A stretch of 64,000 nt of DNA from Bdellovibrionales bacterium (GTDB lineage Bacteria; Bdellovibrionota; UBA1018; JADZFF01). The position numbers and the translations under genes were made by a program. The stretch is from the NCBI GenBank assembly GCA_020850015.1, contig JADZFF010000033.1:50-64049 (forward strand), given 5' to 3'. Below the pieces are notes generated by a model. It saw nothing but the letters and a program-made list of their open reading frames with translations, was not told where the DNA came from and did no database searches. This document shows, one piece after another, positions 17,815 to 26,902 of the stretch. How positions within the stretch are numbered: the first letter of the stretch is position 1; each line of letters begins with the position of its first letter.

Positions 17815-20427
17815 TCACTCCACCGCCTGGTCTTCTTCGAGCTCGTAGGCGCCGTGGATCAGGCTTCGCGCGAACAGGAGGAACTCGGCCGGCGTCATGT
17901 CGCGCCTGAGCACCTTCGTGAACACCTGCTGCAGCTCCGGCGGAACCTGGAAGCGGAAGGCGTCGGCGTCTTTCGATCCGCCGCCGGCCTCCAGGTCGAG
18001 CTGGTTGTTCCAGCGCGCCCAGAAGATGCGGTCAGCCTCGGCCACCGCGCCACAACGCGCGGCGGGCCCGGTGCCCGCGCAGCCCCGCCCGTCCCAGATC
18101 TCGAGCTGGGTTTCGCGGAAGGCGCCGTGCATGGTCATGTGGTCCTTGTTCGCTGATCCGGAGATCAGGAGCGCCGGACCCGAGGCCACGCGCGCGCCCT
18201 GGGCGTTGAAGCCGTCCACAGTGATGGTTTTCATGTGGTACTCCATGTGGAACTCGTCGCTGTGCGGGACGTGTTTCCACTTGAAGCGGATATTCGGCCA
18301 GGCCACGCGGCGGGCGATCTGCCCGGCGTCGTTGACTTCGAGCTCCTTGTACATGAGCAGATCGGCGTAAAGCGTGTTCGGGAAGCCCCCGAGCGGCTCG
18401 GCCGTCACACCCGAGCTCTTCGAGATCGGCTCGAGCATGACGTAGATCATCACCTCGGGCGAGGTGCGGGCCTTGTCCAGAAGCTCCTCCACCACTCGGC
18501 GATCGTAAAGGAACTGGTCGTTCACCACGATCTGCTTCTTTGCCATCCGGATCGCGGCGATGTTCTGGTCGAGCGCGCTCGTCTCCGAGCCGTCGATGTT
18601 GTTCTGGCCGATCCTCACGCTCAGGTTCGGTTCAATGGCCGACACGAAGGCGAGCTCGGCGCGGGTGGGCACCACGCGGTTCTTCGAGGCGTCCCACTTG
18701 CGCGCTAGGGGATCGAACGCGGCCAGGGCCGTTTCGATCGCGGCGGGGTCCATGGGCTCACGTCCATGGCCGCCGGCCTTGAGCGCGTACCAGAAGTCCC
18801 AGTAGTAGCTGTCCTGCGTGGCCACGGCCGCCGGACCGGTGACTTTCGCCACCTCGTCGAAGGTCATGGCGCCCGAGCTGTCGGTCCAGTTCTTCGAGCC
18901 CACGAAGGCCACGGGCACGGAGTCCGTCCAGGCGCCCGCGCCGTCGATGACCATCACCTTGGAGTGGTCGCTCTTGGCCTTCGGGAACAGCGGAGGCAGG
19001 AAGCTGAACACCTGAGTGCCCCGGCGCATGAGGGACTCCACGACGTGGTCGGGGATCAGCGCGTCGAAGTAGGCCGGAAGGCCCGTGCGGTGCGCGAACA
19101 CGTACGAGCCCGCGGCCACCATCTTCGTGGGGTTTTGCCTGGAGTACGCCATCAACCAGTTGAACACGGGCCGGATCTCGGGGCCGTAGTTGAAGGGGTT
19201 GTAGGGGTCGTGCAGGAGGTACACCTTCACGCCGCGATCCGCGGCGGCGATGAGCTCCTGGCCAAGCACCACGCCCACGGTGCCGCCGATGAAGAACATG
19301 TCCATGAACACCGTGTGTTTTGCGGTGCGGATGGCCTGTACCATCTGCGGGAAGATGGCCTGGTGGGCGCCGATCGAGTCGTTCAAGGCGAAGGTGGGGT
19401 GGTTCTCAGCCCTCGGGAAGAGGGTGCCGGTGAAGGGCAGTCGTCCTGAGTTGATGAGGGCCACGATCTGGTCCACGGTCTGGGCACCCGGCACCTGGGC
19501 CACGGGGTCTTTGGTGCCGGCATAGAGCGATTCGAAGTGCTCGACGTAGTCGGAGTCCTGGCGGTTACGCGTGAGGTAAGTCACGTCGTTGCCGCCCAGG
19601 AATCCTATTCCGGCCGCGGCGTGAGCTGGGCCCGGCCAGCGGGCGGCCTCGGCGAGATCCTTCCAGCCGGAGGTGAAGGCGATCTGGCCCTTGAGGCAGG
19701 CCGCGAGGTTCGAGACCGAAGAGATGCCGGTGTAGGAGGCCGAGCAGTCCGCGAAACCCTTCAAGGCCGCGTTTTGCGCGTTCCAGGCCAGGCACTCACC
19801 CTTGGCGCCGAGCGCGCTCTGGGTCTGGCACTGCTTGTAGCGGGAGATGTCGCCGTCCAGGAGGGCGGCCGCGCGTTGCAGGGCCTGCGTCGCGGCGGCG
19901 GGGGCGCCCAGAGAGGGGTAACGCGGATCTTGCAGGATCTCGCGCGCCCAAAGCGCGAACTCCTGGGCGTAGATGCGCAAGAGCGAGCGGGCTTTGTCTT
20001 TCTGGCCCGTGCGGAGGAAGTACGCCAGGTAGATCTGGGCCTTTTCCGAGGGGATGGCCGCGTTCATGTGTTGAGCGAAGGCAAGGCGCAGGTTGTACTG
20101 GTCGTTGGCCGTGCGTTGCAGGTTCGAGCGCTGCGCGAAGGCGCGGTTTTCCGCGGCCTCGGGGATGTTTTCGTCGTCGTACTGACCGCGGACGGCGTCT
20201 TCGATGTAGAGCGGGTTCACCGCGAGCCACCACTTGCGGAGGTCGTCCTCGAAGTTCGAGTCGTTCAGCATTCGGCGCACGTCGGCGTCGATCCCGAAGA
20301 AGGCCATCTCACGCTGGTGCATCGCGAGGAGCGTGTAGTCTTCCCAGCTTCCCGCCTGCGAGGCGGGGGAGCCGAGAAGGGAGGCCGAGACGGCGAGGGT
20401 CAGAAACAGCGTGTGAATCGTTTTCAT
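17815..20427 (-). CDS. Large secreted phospholipase D superfamily protein with two HKD motifs and a long N-terminal extension (PLD3)
   Basis: GAGGTG Shine-Dalgarno before the ATG at 20427 and signal peptide MKTIHTLFLTLAVSASLLGSPASQA. HKD motifs HSKVMVIDG...VGSKNWTD and HMKTITVDG...SGSANKD. Confidence 0.85.
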   Translation of the reverse strand: MKTIHTLFLTLAVSASLLGSPASQAGSWEDYTLLAMHQREMAFFGIDADVRRMLNDSNFEDDLRKWWLAVNPLYIEDAVRGQYDDENIPEAAENRAFAQRSNLQRTANDQYNLRLAFAQHMNAAIPSEKAQIYLAYFLRTGQKDKARSLLRIYAQEFALWAREILQDPRYPSLGAPAAATQALQRAAALLDGDISRYKQCQTQSALGAKGECLAWNAQNAALKGFADCSASYTGISSVSNLAACLKGQIAFTSGWKDLAEAARWPGPAHAAAGIGFLGGNDVTYLTRNRQDSDYVEHFESLYAGTKDPVAQVPGAQTVDQIVALINSGRLPFTGTLFPRAENHPTFALNDSIGAHQAIFPQMVQAIRTAKHTVFMDMFFIGGTVGVVLGQELIAAADRGVKVYLLHDPYNPFNYGPEIRPVFNWLMAYSRQNPTKMVAAGSYVFAHRTGLPAYFDALIPDHVVESLMRRGTQVFSFLPPLFPKAKSDHSKVMVIDGAGAWTDSVPVAFVGSKNWTDSSGAMTFDEVAKVTGPAAVATQDSYYWDFWYALKAGGHGREPMDPAAIETALAAFDPLARKWDASKNRVVPTRAELAFVSAIEPNLSVRIGQNNIDGSETSALDQNIAAIRMAKKQIVVNDQFLYDRRVVEELLDKARTSPEVMIYVMLEPISKSSGVTAEPLGGFPNTLYADLLMYKELEVNDAGQIARRVAWPNIRFKWKHVPHSDEFHMEYHMKTITVDGFNAQGARVASGPALLISGSANKDHMTMHGAFRETQLEIWDGRGCAGTGPAARCGAVAEADRIFWARWNNQLDLEAGGGSKDADAFRFQVPPELQQVFTKVLRRDMTPAEFLLFARSLIHGAYELEEDQAVE

Positions 20428-20437
20428 CGTCGTCACC

Positions 20438-21940
20438 TCAGCGGTCAATGAAGAGCGCCGCGAGCGGGAACTTCTTCAGGGCTTGGTCCTTCGCACCGCG
20501 TTTGGCGTCCGCGAAGGCTTTGGCGATCATCTGGTTCGCCGTGTTTTGAACTTCCTGGGCGGCCTGCTGCGTGGGCTGGCCGTCCGTGAGCCCGATCTGC
20601 ACGTTCGTGGCGAAGGGCACGAGCGCGCCGGCCCGGCGGTCGAAGACCTCGATGGAGGTTTTCAGGTTCTCCATCTTCGCGGTCTGAGCCGTCAGGTTCG
20701 TCACGATATCGAAGCTCGTCATGTGCACGCGGATCGGAACCCGCAGGTGCGTCCAGTACGAGGCCGTGCTGCCCTTGATCGCGTCGCCGCCCAGGTAGGG
20801 CGTGAGGCGCCAGGCCGAGTTGGCGGTATTGAGCTTCATGCGGCGTCTGAAGGGGTGGTAGCCCTCCCAGGTGCCGAAGTTGAAGTTCAGGCGCATGTCC
20901 CGAAGCTCGTTCTTGAGCAGGTGCTCGAAGCTCACGAGCATCATCGGGTAGTTCGTCGACGTGTCGTTGGCCGTGAAGCCGCCGGGCTGGGGCACACCGG
21001 CGTGGGTGATCTCGGCCGTGGGCGAGGTCGTGGCGGGCTCCAGGCGCTGAAGCAGGGGCTGCATGCCCAGGAGCGCCTGCAGGCGGATCGTGCTCGCGCC
21101 CGGCTTCACCGTCAGGTTGATCAGGAAGGCCACGGGGTAAACGTAGGGCGGCACGAGGTGCGGCGTTTCGTCGTAAGCGTTTTGGAGGACGATGGCCGTA
21201 TTGTGCTGAGCCACGTCGTTCACGCGGTTTCCGAGGTTCCCCTTGAGGCCGGTGACGATGGGGTAACCCTCTTCGTCGTAGAGCCAGTGCTTCACGCCCC
21301 AGTCGCGCACGGGCGTGCGGCGTTTGGTGCTGAAGCCCATGCGGCGCGGGGAGTAGCGCGAGCCACGTTCCCAGGCGGCCTTCGCGGCCGCGTCGGTGGC
21401 GGGCGCCTTGTCCCAGGGCGCGATCAGGAAGGTCAGGTGACGGGGGCCGGCGTTCGTGGCGAGCGCGGCCTCGATCTTCGGCAGCGCTTCCTTCAGGTGG
21501 CCCGCGGCGGTGCGGAGCACGCGCTCGAGCAGGTTCACCGGGGCCGAGGCGCCGTCGAGGTCCATGCGCATCAGTTCCGAGAAGGCCGGGATGAACTGCT
21601 GCGAGAGGATCTCGTCGATCGTCTGCCCGTACACCGCGGCGAGCTGGCCGCTCTGGGGTTTCACCTGATCGCGCAGCAGGTAGAGGCGCGGATCGGTGGG
21701 CGCGGACGCGCCCACGGCCGGCTTCTGCGAAGGCAGAGCGCGGGAGCGGTCGAGCGCCTCCCAGGCATTGTCATCGACGAACAGGTGAGGTCTGACCGGC
21801 GACTGCGTCATCCGGTACCGGAGGACTTCCGCCCGAGCTGAGTGAAGCCCGGCGAATACCCCCGACAAGACCGCAAAACACCCCAATGCCGCAAGCGGCC
21901 GAACGCGGTTGAATAAGGACATAATGCGGCGAGCTATCAT
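20438..21940 (-). CDS. Secreted protein of unknown function, co-operonic with PLD3
   Basis: Signal peptide ...LAALGCFAVLSGVFAGLHSARA. The stop is 10 nt upstream of the PLD3 start. No recognisable motif. Confidence 0.65.
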   Translation of the reverse strand: MIARRIMSLFNRVRPLAALGCFAVLSGVFAGLHSARAEVLRYRMTQSPVRPHLFVDDNAWEALDRSRALPSQKPAVGASAPTDPRLYLLRDQVKPQSGQLAAVYGQTIDEILSQQFIPAFSELMRMDLDGASAPVNLLERVLRTAAGHLKEALPKIEAALATNAGPRHLTFLIAPWDKAPATDAAAKAAWERGSRYSPRRMGFSTKRRTPVRDWGVKHWLYDEEGYPIVTGLKGNLGNRVNDVAQHNTAIVLQNAYDETPHLVPPYVYPVAFLINLTVKPGASTIRLQALLGMQPLLQRLEPATTSPTAEITHAGVPQPGGFTANDTSTNYPMMLVSFEHLLKNELRDMRLNFNFGTWEGYHPFRRRMKLNTANSAWRLTPYLGGDAIKGSTASYWTHLRVPIRVHMTSFDIVTNLTAQTAKMENLKTSIEVFDRRAGALVPFATNVQIGLTDGQPTQQAAQEVQNTANQMIAKAFADAKRGAKDQALKKFPLAALFIDR

Positions 21941-22019
21941 GGCGCGTCATGACCTGCAACCGACGCTCTGACCTGATTTAGTCGTTGAAAGCTCCTCAGG
22001 ACGCGGCATCGTGTAACAC

Positions 22020-23417
22020 ATGGAAATAAGAGATGAACGGGGCATGCGAGCAGGTCGCGCGGGGGCGATCGCGTGCGCGGGTCTGAGTCTGTTCCTGAGT
22101 TTGAGCCTGGCTCCGGCCCAGGCTTTGATGATGGAGCTCCCCCCGAGCCTGGCCCCCGTGATGCTTTCGGAGACCGTTCCCTTCACGTTCACGCCGAATG
22201 CCTACTCCGCCGCCGATTACCGCCTGGAGTGGGTGGGCGAGGCGTTGCCCGGCGTGACGGTCCGCCTGGGCGAGAAGAGCCTGGAATGGGTGCGCGTGCG
22301 CGAGGTCCTGGATCTGCCGCGGGCCACCGCCGTGGTGGAGGTGCGCGACGCCGAGGGCGCCCAGGTGCTCCACGCGGGATATGTGCAGCCTCTCGCACGC
22401 GTATCGGGCGGGACTTGGAGCGCCCATGTCCCCGTGGCCCTGCTCAGTGGTTCTGACAATCCCATCGAGTTGCGCGTGCGGCGCGGAGGGCGCGAGCTCA
22501 AGGGCACGCTCGTTTCGAAGCTCGTGCCGCGGCCGGGAAACGAGACGCAGCTCCTGTTCGACGCCACCTGCTCCCACCCGCGCGTGCGCGCCGAGACCGT
22601 GAGCGGCCTCAGGCCCGACACCTTCGTCTACGTGGGCTGCCGTTTCGTGCACACGAAGGGCGATTCGCACCCGCACCCCTCGTTCGAGCTCTACGTCTAC
22701 TGGGACGGGGCGGGGCGTTCGATCCGGGTGGACGGAGTGCCCACGCCTTCCTCTTCAGTGGGCGTCTGGGCGCTCAAGCTCGGCCCGAAGCCCGGCTACG
22801 TGGATCTCCAATCGGGCGAGCAGAAGATCCGCGTCGCTTATTCGGTTCCGGAGCGCCTGCGGCGGCTCACCCTGGGGCTGGGCGTCGGGCCCTACGGATA
22901 CGCGTTCCAGGACAAGGGCGAGTCGCTCGAGACCTTCGCCCCGCTCGCCACCTTGTACGGCTCCTATTTCCTCTCGGAGTCCATGCGGGTGACGATGTTC
23001 AATGCCACCGCGCTTCACCGGCTCTGGTACACGAACCAGGGCTTCTACCTTTGGAGCGAGCAGATGCGCGTGTTCGACTCGCGCTTCTCCATGGTGCTGC
23101 TCTTCGGTCTGGATGTGCTCGTATTCCGCACCCGAGGCGCGGGAGGCGACGTGCACTGGCGCATCGGAGGCCCACAGGGTATCGAGTTCGCGTTCCGCGA
23201 CTTCCCGATCCGGCGGCACGACGTGAGCTTCGGCGCCTTCATCGCGCCCAAGCTCGTGAGCGAACACTTCTACTACAACGCCTGGGTGCGCTGGGGCCCG
23301 CCTGAGTGGTTCGTGGAGTTCAATTACCTCTCGTGGCAGGAAGAGCTCCCGGACCAGCTCGTCTACTCGCGGTCGATCGGCCTGAGCGTCGGGATGCCGC
23401 TCATTCGGCTGCTCTGA
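22020..23417 (+). CDS. Secreted protein with a beta-barrel-like C-terminal half (putative outer-membrane protein)
   Basis: Signal peptide ...AIACAGLSLFLSLSLAPAQA. The C-terminal half alternates hydrophobic and aromatic residues. By eye it resembles 8023-9072 (RRLTLxxGxG, GPQ, ...LL end). Confidence 0.6.
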   Translation: MEIRDERGMRAGRAGAIACAGLSLFLSLSLAPAQALMMELPPSLAPVMLSETVPFTFTPNAYSAADYRLEWVGEALPGVTVRLGEKSLEWVRVREVLDLPRATAVVEVRDAEGAQVLHAGYVQPLARVSGGTWSAHVPVALLSGSDNPIELRVRRGGRELKGTLVSKLVPRPGNETQLLFDATCSHPRVRAETVSGLRPDTFVYVGCRFVHTKGDSHPHPSFELYVYWDGAGRSIRVDGVPTPSSSVGVWALKLGPKPGYVDLQSGEQKIRVAYSVPERLRRLTLGLGVGPYGYAFQDKGESLETFAPLATLYGSYFLSESMRVTMFNATALHRLWYTNQGFYLWSEQMRVFDSRFSMVLLFGLDVLVFRTRGAGGDVHWRIGGPQGIEFAFRDFPIRRHDVSFGAFIAPKLVSEHFYYNAWVRWGPPEWFVEFNYLSWQEELPDQLVYSRSIGLSVGMPLIRLL

Positions 23418-23423
23418 CGGGGT

Positions 23424-23873
23424 TCAGTCCGCCGAATAGCCGGTGAAGCCCGAGCCGTCCTCGGTGACGCCGGTGTAACCGCCGCTTTCGCCTTGGTCTT
23501 GGCCCTCGGCGGCCTGGGCGTGGTCCACGCAAACGGGCTGCAGGTCGCGCTCGTAGCCGCAGTAGCCGTCGCCGGAAGGGGTTACGCCGCAGTAGCCGTA
23601 GCTCAGGTCGTCTGATTCAGTATTCACGGCCGCTGGTTCGGGCCGGCGGCTGCGGTCGCGCCTCGAGGAGCCGCCCAAACGCGAAACGCCGTCGGCCAGA
23701 AGGAGCAGACTGAGCAGGAAACCATCGCCCTCGCTGGCGCGGCCGGCGCGCAGGCGAACGGCCGTCTCGTCGCTCGACTGCTGGGCTTCCGCCGTGGAGG
23801 GCAGGGAAAGCGTCAGCATTGAAAGGGCGAGGGGCGCCACTAGAGCCCAGCGGAGGCGGAGGATTTGATTCAT
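23424..23873 (-). CDS. Small secreted protein with GY(C)G repeats
   Basis: The ATG at 23873 gives signal peptide MNQILRLRWALVAPLALSMLTLSLPSTAEA. The C-terminus reads SYGYCGVTPSGDGYCGYERD...GGYTGVTEDGSGFTGYSAD. Confidence 0.5.
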   Translation of the reverse strand: MNQILRLRWALVAPLALSMLTLSLPSTAEAQQSSDETAVRLRAGRASEGDGFLLSLLLLADGVSRLGGSSRRDRSRRPEPAAVNTESDDLSYGYCGVTPSGDGYCGYERDLQPVCVDHAQAAEGQDQGESGGYTGVTEDGSGFTGYSAD

Positions 23874-24033
23874 CCCGTTAACGATTGCAAAGGCGTGGCC
23901 AATCTCGTTCGTCCCTGGGGCGGACGAGGCTGACGTGGCCCGGGCAGAGCTGTCTATCGGGTGGGCACCTGCTGGAGCGGGCTCGAGTGTCGTGGGTGAC
24001 ACGGCGCCGCCGGGGTATCTGCGCTCCTCCGCG

Positions 24034-24270
24034 CCGACGTAGTCAAATGTCGCCTTTGAAAGCGACATTCGGGTCTCCATTTCGAACGTCGGAGGGCGTG
24101 CCCCGCACGAGATTGAAGTCGGCCTGACGCAATCGTATCGCCGTGAGTTTTAAAGGCGGAGTCGAGCCTGGCGTTATTGCGCTAAAAGCGTCGCAAAAAG
24201 CATGGTAACCGTAGACGTCCTGACCTCGGACCCGAATGTGGCTTTCAAAGGCGACATTTGACTACGTCGG
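24034..24270. repeat. 40-bp terminal inverted repeats (1 mismatch) flanking a 157-bp AT-richer spacer
   Basis: Left arm 24034-24073 is ccgacgtagtcaaatgtcgcctttgaaagcgacattcggg. Right arm 24231-24270 is its reverse complement except for one base. The outer 30 bp are perfect. Confidence 0.85.
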
Positions 24271-24345
24271 GAGTTGCGGACGTCGAGGCGACCCTGCCTG
24301 GGGCGATGGCCTGGAGTGCCCCAGGGGGCCGGCAATCAGCCGGGA

Positions 24346-24762
24346 TCAGTGAACGGTTTCGGTTCCGCCGAGCGTATCGGCCATCAGGGCGCGGAGCATC
24401 TCCTGGATGTGGGGCGTGGTCTTTCCGGCGCCGCCCGCCAGCATGCGGAAGAGCTCGGCGTCCAGACTCAGGAGTTGGCAGAATTCGTCCCGGGTGTAGG
24501 GCAGAGACTTGAGCAGGAACTGAACTTCCTTCGCGCTGAGCTCGTCCGTCTTCCGGGAGAGGTGGGTCATGATCAGGCGGTTCCATTGCTCCACGAGGAG
24601 TCCCGGAAGGAAGATCTCGTTGCAGCTTGGGCATTCCTCGATCGGCGTCTCGCCCTCGATCGTGACGAGGCCCATGGGGGTAGGGTAGGCGAAGTCCTTC
24701 ACGGTCTTCGAAACCACGCCCGGCTTTCCACAGGCTTCGCAGGTGTTCGGCTGCACCGACAT
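24346..24762 (-). CDS. MqsA/YgiT-type zinc-ribbon plus HTH (XRE-like) protein, solitary
   Basis: N-terminal CEAC...CPSC zinc ribbon followed by a helix-turn-helix-like region (LSAKEVQFLLKSLPYTRDEFCQLLSLDAELFRML), the same architecture as MqsA antitoxin. No adjacent toxin ORF. Confidence 0.7.
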   Translation of the reverse strand: MSVQPNTCEACGKPGVVSKTVKDFAYPTPMGLVTIEGETPIEECPSCNEIFLPGLLVEQWNRLIMTHLSRKTDELSAKEVQFLLKSLPYTRDEFCQLLSLDAELFRMLAGGAGKTTPHIQEMLRALMADTLGGTETVH

Positions 24763-24903
24763 GAGTCCGAGCCTAGCACAGCCTCGCGGGATGCTTGGAC
24801 TTTCCCCAGGGATGGGATGATTTGACTCATTTGGTTGCCTGGTGGTAGACGCATAGCGTCATCTCAAGGGGTGAGGCGACCGAAAGCAAAAAGGGGTTAG
24901 TCC

Positions 24904-26895
24904 GTGAAGCACCGTCGGGCATTTTTTTGGACCGCGTTCGCCGCAGCTTTCATCGGCTCCGTTCATTCGCAAGAGGCGTTGGCACGCGCCGGCGCCCGGC
25001 TTCGGCCCCATGCCTCCGCGCCCGCAGTGGAGCGCTGGATCTCGGGCCCCTTTCTGCTGCGCCTTCCCGCGCAACTTCGCCGGGCCGTCCAGAACGTGAA
25101 GGTCCAGGTGGGCGACTTCCGCGAGAGCGGAAACCCGCGCTGCGCGCGATGGGAGGAAGGCGGTCGGACCCTCCAGGTGAACGCGGCCTGCGCGGGTGCC
25201 GAGGACTTGAGTTGGTTCGCCAGTGCGGCCGGCGCGGAAGGGCAGCCCGCGCCCACGCGGCTCCAGGGCAGACTGGTGCAGGCCGCCGTGGAGGCCTGGG
25301 GGCGCACCGCCCCCCGATTCCGCGATCGGGCGGCGCGTCGGGAGGTCTCCGATCAGGATTTCTTCCAGTCCCCCATCACCTTGGGCGTGAACATCGATCA
25401 GCATCCGGACGCTGTGTTTCTCGATTTCTGGTACCGCGCCACCTGGGCGGTGCTCACCGACCCGCAGGTCCATCTGAAGCATCCGGGCCTGACGCGATAT
25501 CTGATGAACGGTTTCCTGGAGTGGGGCGAGCTTCGCCAGGCCGAGCGCGTGGATCTCGATGCCCTCGCGGCGCAGGAGGCGGCTGAGTCCGGCACCCGGG
25601 GCCGCGTGCGCCACCTTGTCGATCCGGCCGAGGCCCTTTACGCCCGTATGGACCTCATCCGCCAGGCCCGCAAGACGATCCACACCGGGTACTTCACCGT
25701 CTGGAACAACGACGTCTTCGGCCGCCAGTTCCTGGGGCTCCTTCTCCAGAAAGCCCGCGCGGGCGTGAAGGTGAAGCTCATCGTCGACGGGCGCGGGTTC
25801 CTTCATACCCGCAACGACTGGCTCCAGGAGCTCGTGGAAGCCGGCGCCGAGGTGAAGGTGTGGAACCCGGTGCTCAACTCGCGCCTCTCCATCCTGGGCT
25901 CGCTCGTGGCCTATCACGACAAGATCCTGCTCGTGGACGGCAAGTCCTTCATCACCGGCGGCCGCAACATCGGCGATCGCTACTTCCTCCGCCAAGGCGA
26001 GAAGGACGGGCGCGTGTTCTGGGACACGGACGTGGCCGTGGAATTCGATCGTATGCCGATCGCGCTTCTCCAAGCCTTCAACTCGGAGTTCTACGCCGGG
26101 GTGGCGAAATCCGTTCCGAAGGAGATGTTCGGCAACTGGCGCTCGCGCGAGCCCGAGATGATGCGTGCCATCCGCGCGCTCGACGACCGCGTGGCGAACG
26201 AGACGCTTTCGCCCGAGACCCTGCGCTGGCACCCCGAGGTGGACCGCATGAAGAGCCTGGTGGGCAAGCCCGCCTATACGCTCTGGACCTCGGATGAGCA
26301 GGTGCCCGTGCGCGTGCTCGATAACTTCACCCGATTCGGCGCTCAGAAGCAGCTCTCGAACGAGCTCTTCCGGATGATGGACGAGGCCGAGAGCGAGATC
26401 CTGATCCAGAACCCCTACCTGGTGCTCACGCCCGAATGCGGCGACCGCCTGGAGGCCGCGGCCCGCCGGGGCGTGAAGGTGCGCTTCAGCGTGACCTCGC
26501 CCACAAGCACGGACAGCTTTCTCACCCAGAGCGTGCTGACCTTCGAGTGGCAGAAGATCGCGGCGAAGGTGCCGGGTTCGGAGATCCACGCCGCGCTGGG
26601 GCCCGAGCAGCTCCACGCGAAGATCTTCGTGTTCGACCGCAAGGTGGCGGTGGTGGGCAGCTACAACATGGACGCCATGTCGCAGGACCGCAACTCGGAG
26701 ATCGCGCTCGAGGTGAATTCGCCCGCCTACGCAGGCGAGGTGGCCGCCGAGATCGACCGCTTCATCCGCGAGCAGAGCGTGCATTTTGATCCCGTCACGG
26801 GCAAGGGGCCCGAGCAGATCCCGAACAGCGACGAGGAGATCGAGCGCCTGGAGTTCTACTACTCCATCGCGCGTTGGGTGCGTCCGCTGCTATGA
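24904..26895 (+). CDS. Secreted phospholipase D superfamily protein with two HKD motifs (PLD4)
   Basis: GTG start and signal peptide MKHRRAFFWTAFAAAFIGSVHSQEA. HKD motifs HDKILLVDGKSFITGGRN and HAKIFVFDRKVAVVGSYN. Confidence 0.9.
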   Translation: MKHRRAFFWTAFAAAFIGSVHSQEALARAGARLRPHASAPAVERWISGPFLLRLPAQLRRAVQNVKVQVGDFRESGNPRCARWEEGGRTLQVNAACAGAEDLSWFASAAGAEGQPAPTRLQGRLVQAAVEAWGRTAPRFRDRAARREVSDQDFFQSPITLGVNIDQHPDAVFLDFWYRATWAVLTDPQVHLKHPGLTRYLMNGFLEWGELRQAERVDLDALAAQEAAESGTRGRVRHLVDPAEALYARMDLIRQARKTIHTGYFTVWNNDVFGRQFLGLLLQKARAGVKVKLIVDGRGFLHTRNDWLQELVEAGAEVKVWNPVLNSRLSILGSLVAYHDKILLVDGKSFITGGRNIGDRYFLRQGEKDGRVFWDTDVAVEFDRMPIALLQAFNSEFYAGVAKSVPKEMFGNWRSREPEMMRAIRALDDRVANETLSPETLRWHPEVDRMKSLVGKPAYTLWTSDEQVPVRVLDNFTRFGAQKQLSNELFRMMDEAESEILIQNPYLVLTPECGDRLEAAARRGVKVRFSVTSPTSTDSFLTQSVLTFEWQKIAAKVPGSEIHAALGPEQLHAKIFVFDRKVAVVGSYNMDAMSQDRNSEIALEVNSPAYAGEVAAEIDRFIREQSVHFDPVTGKGPEQIPNSDEEIERLEFYYSIARWVRPLL

Positions 26896-26902
26896 TGGCG
26901 AG

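Noticed and set aside
24034-24270. Calling the inverted-repeat element an insertion sequence or a confirmed invertible switch
   Set aside because: There is no transposase or recombinase ORF inside or nearby, and I could identify no target-site duplication. Only the repeat itself is reported.
24859-26784. 641-aa minus-strand ORF that could have supplied an MqsR-like partner upstream of the MqsA-like gene
   Set aside because: It is the antisense shadow of PLD4 and has no toxin-like motif. The real intergenic space (24763-24903) is too short for an MqsR-sized protein, so no complete mqsRA toxin-antitoxin module is called.
3085-26895. Idea that the PLD-superfamily genes are Nuc-like nucleases of an anti-phage defence system
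   Set aside because: All four have N-terminal signal peptides and the roughly 600-870-aa two-HKD architecture of phospholipases/transphosphatidylases. None has an adjacent ATPase, helicase, methylase or sensor gene. A defence-nuclease role is therefore not supported.
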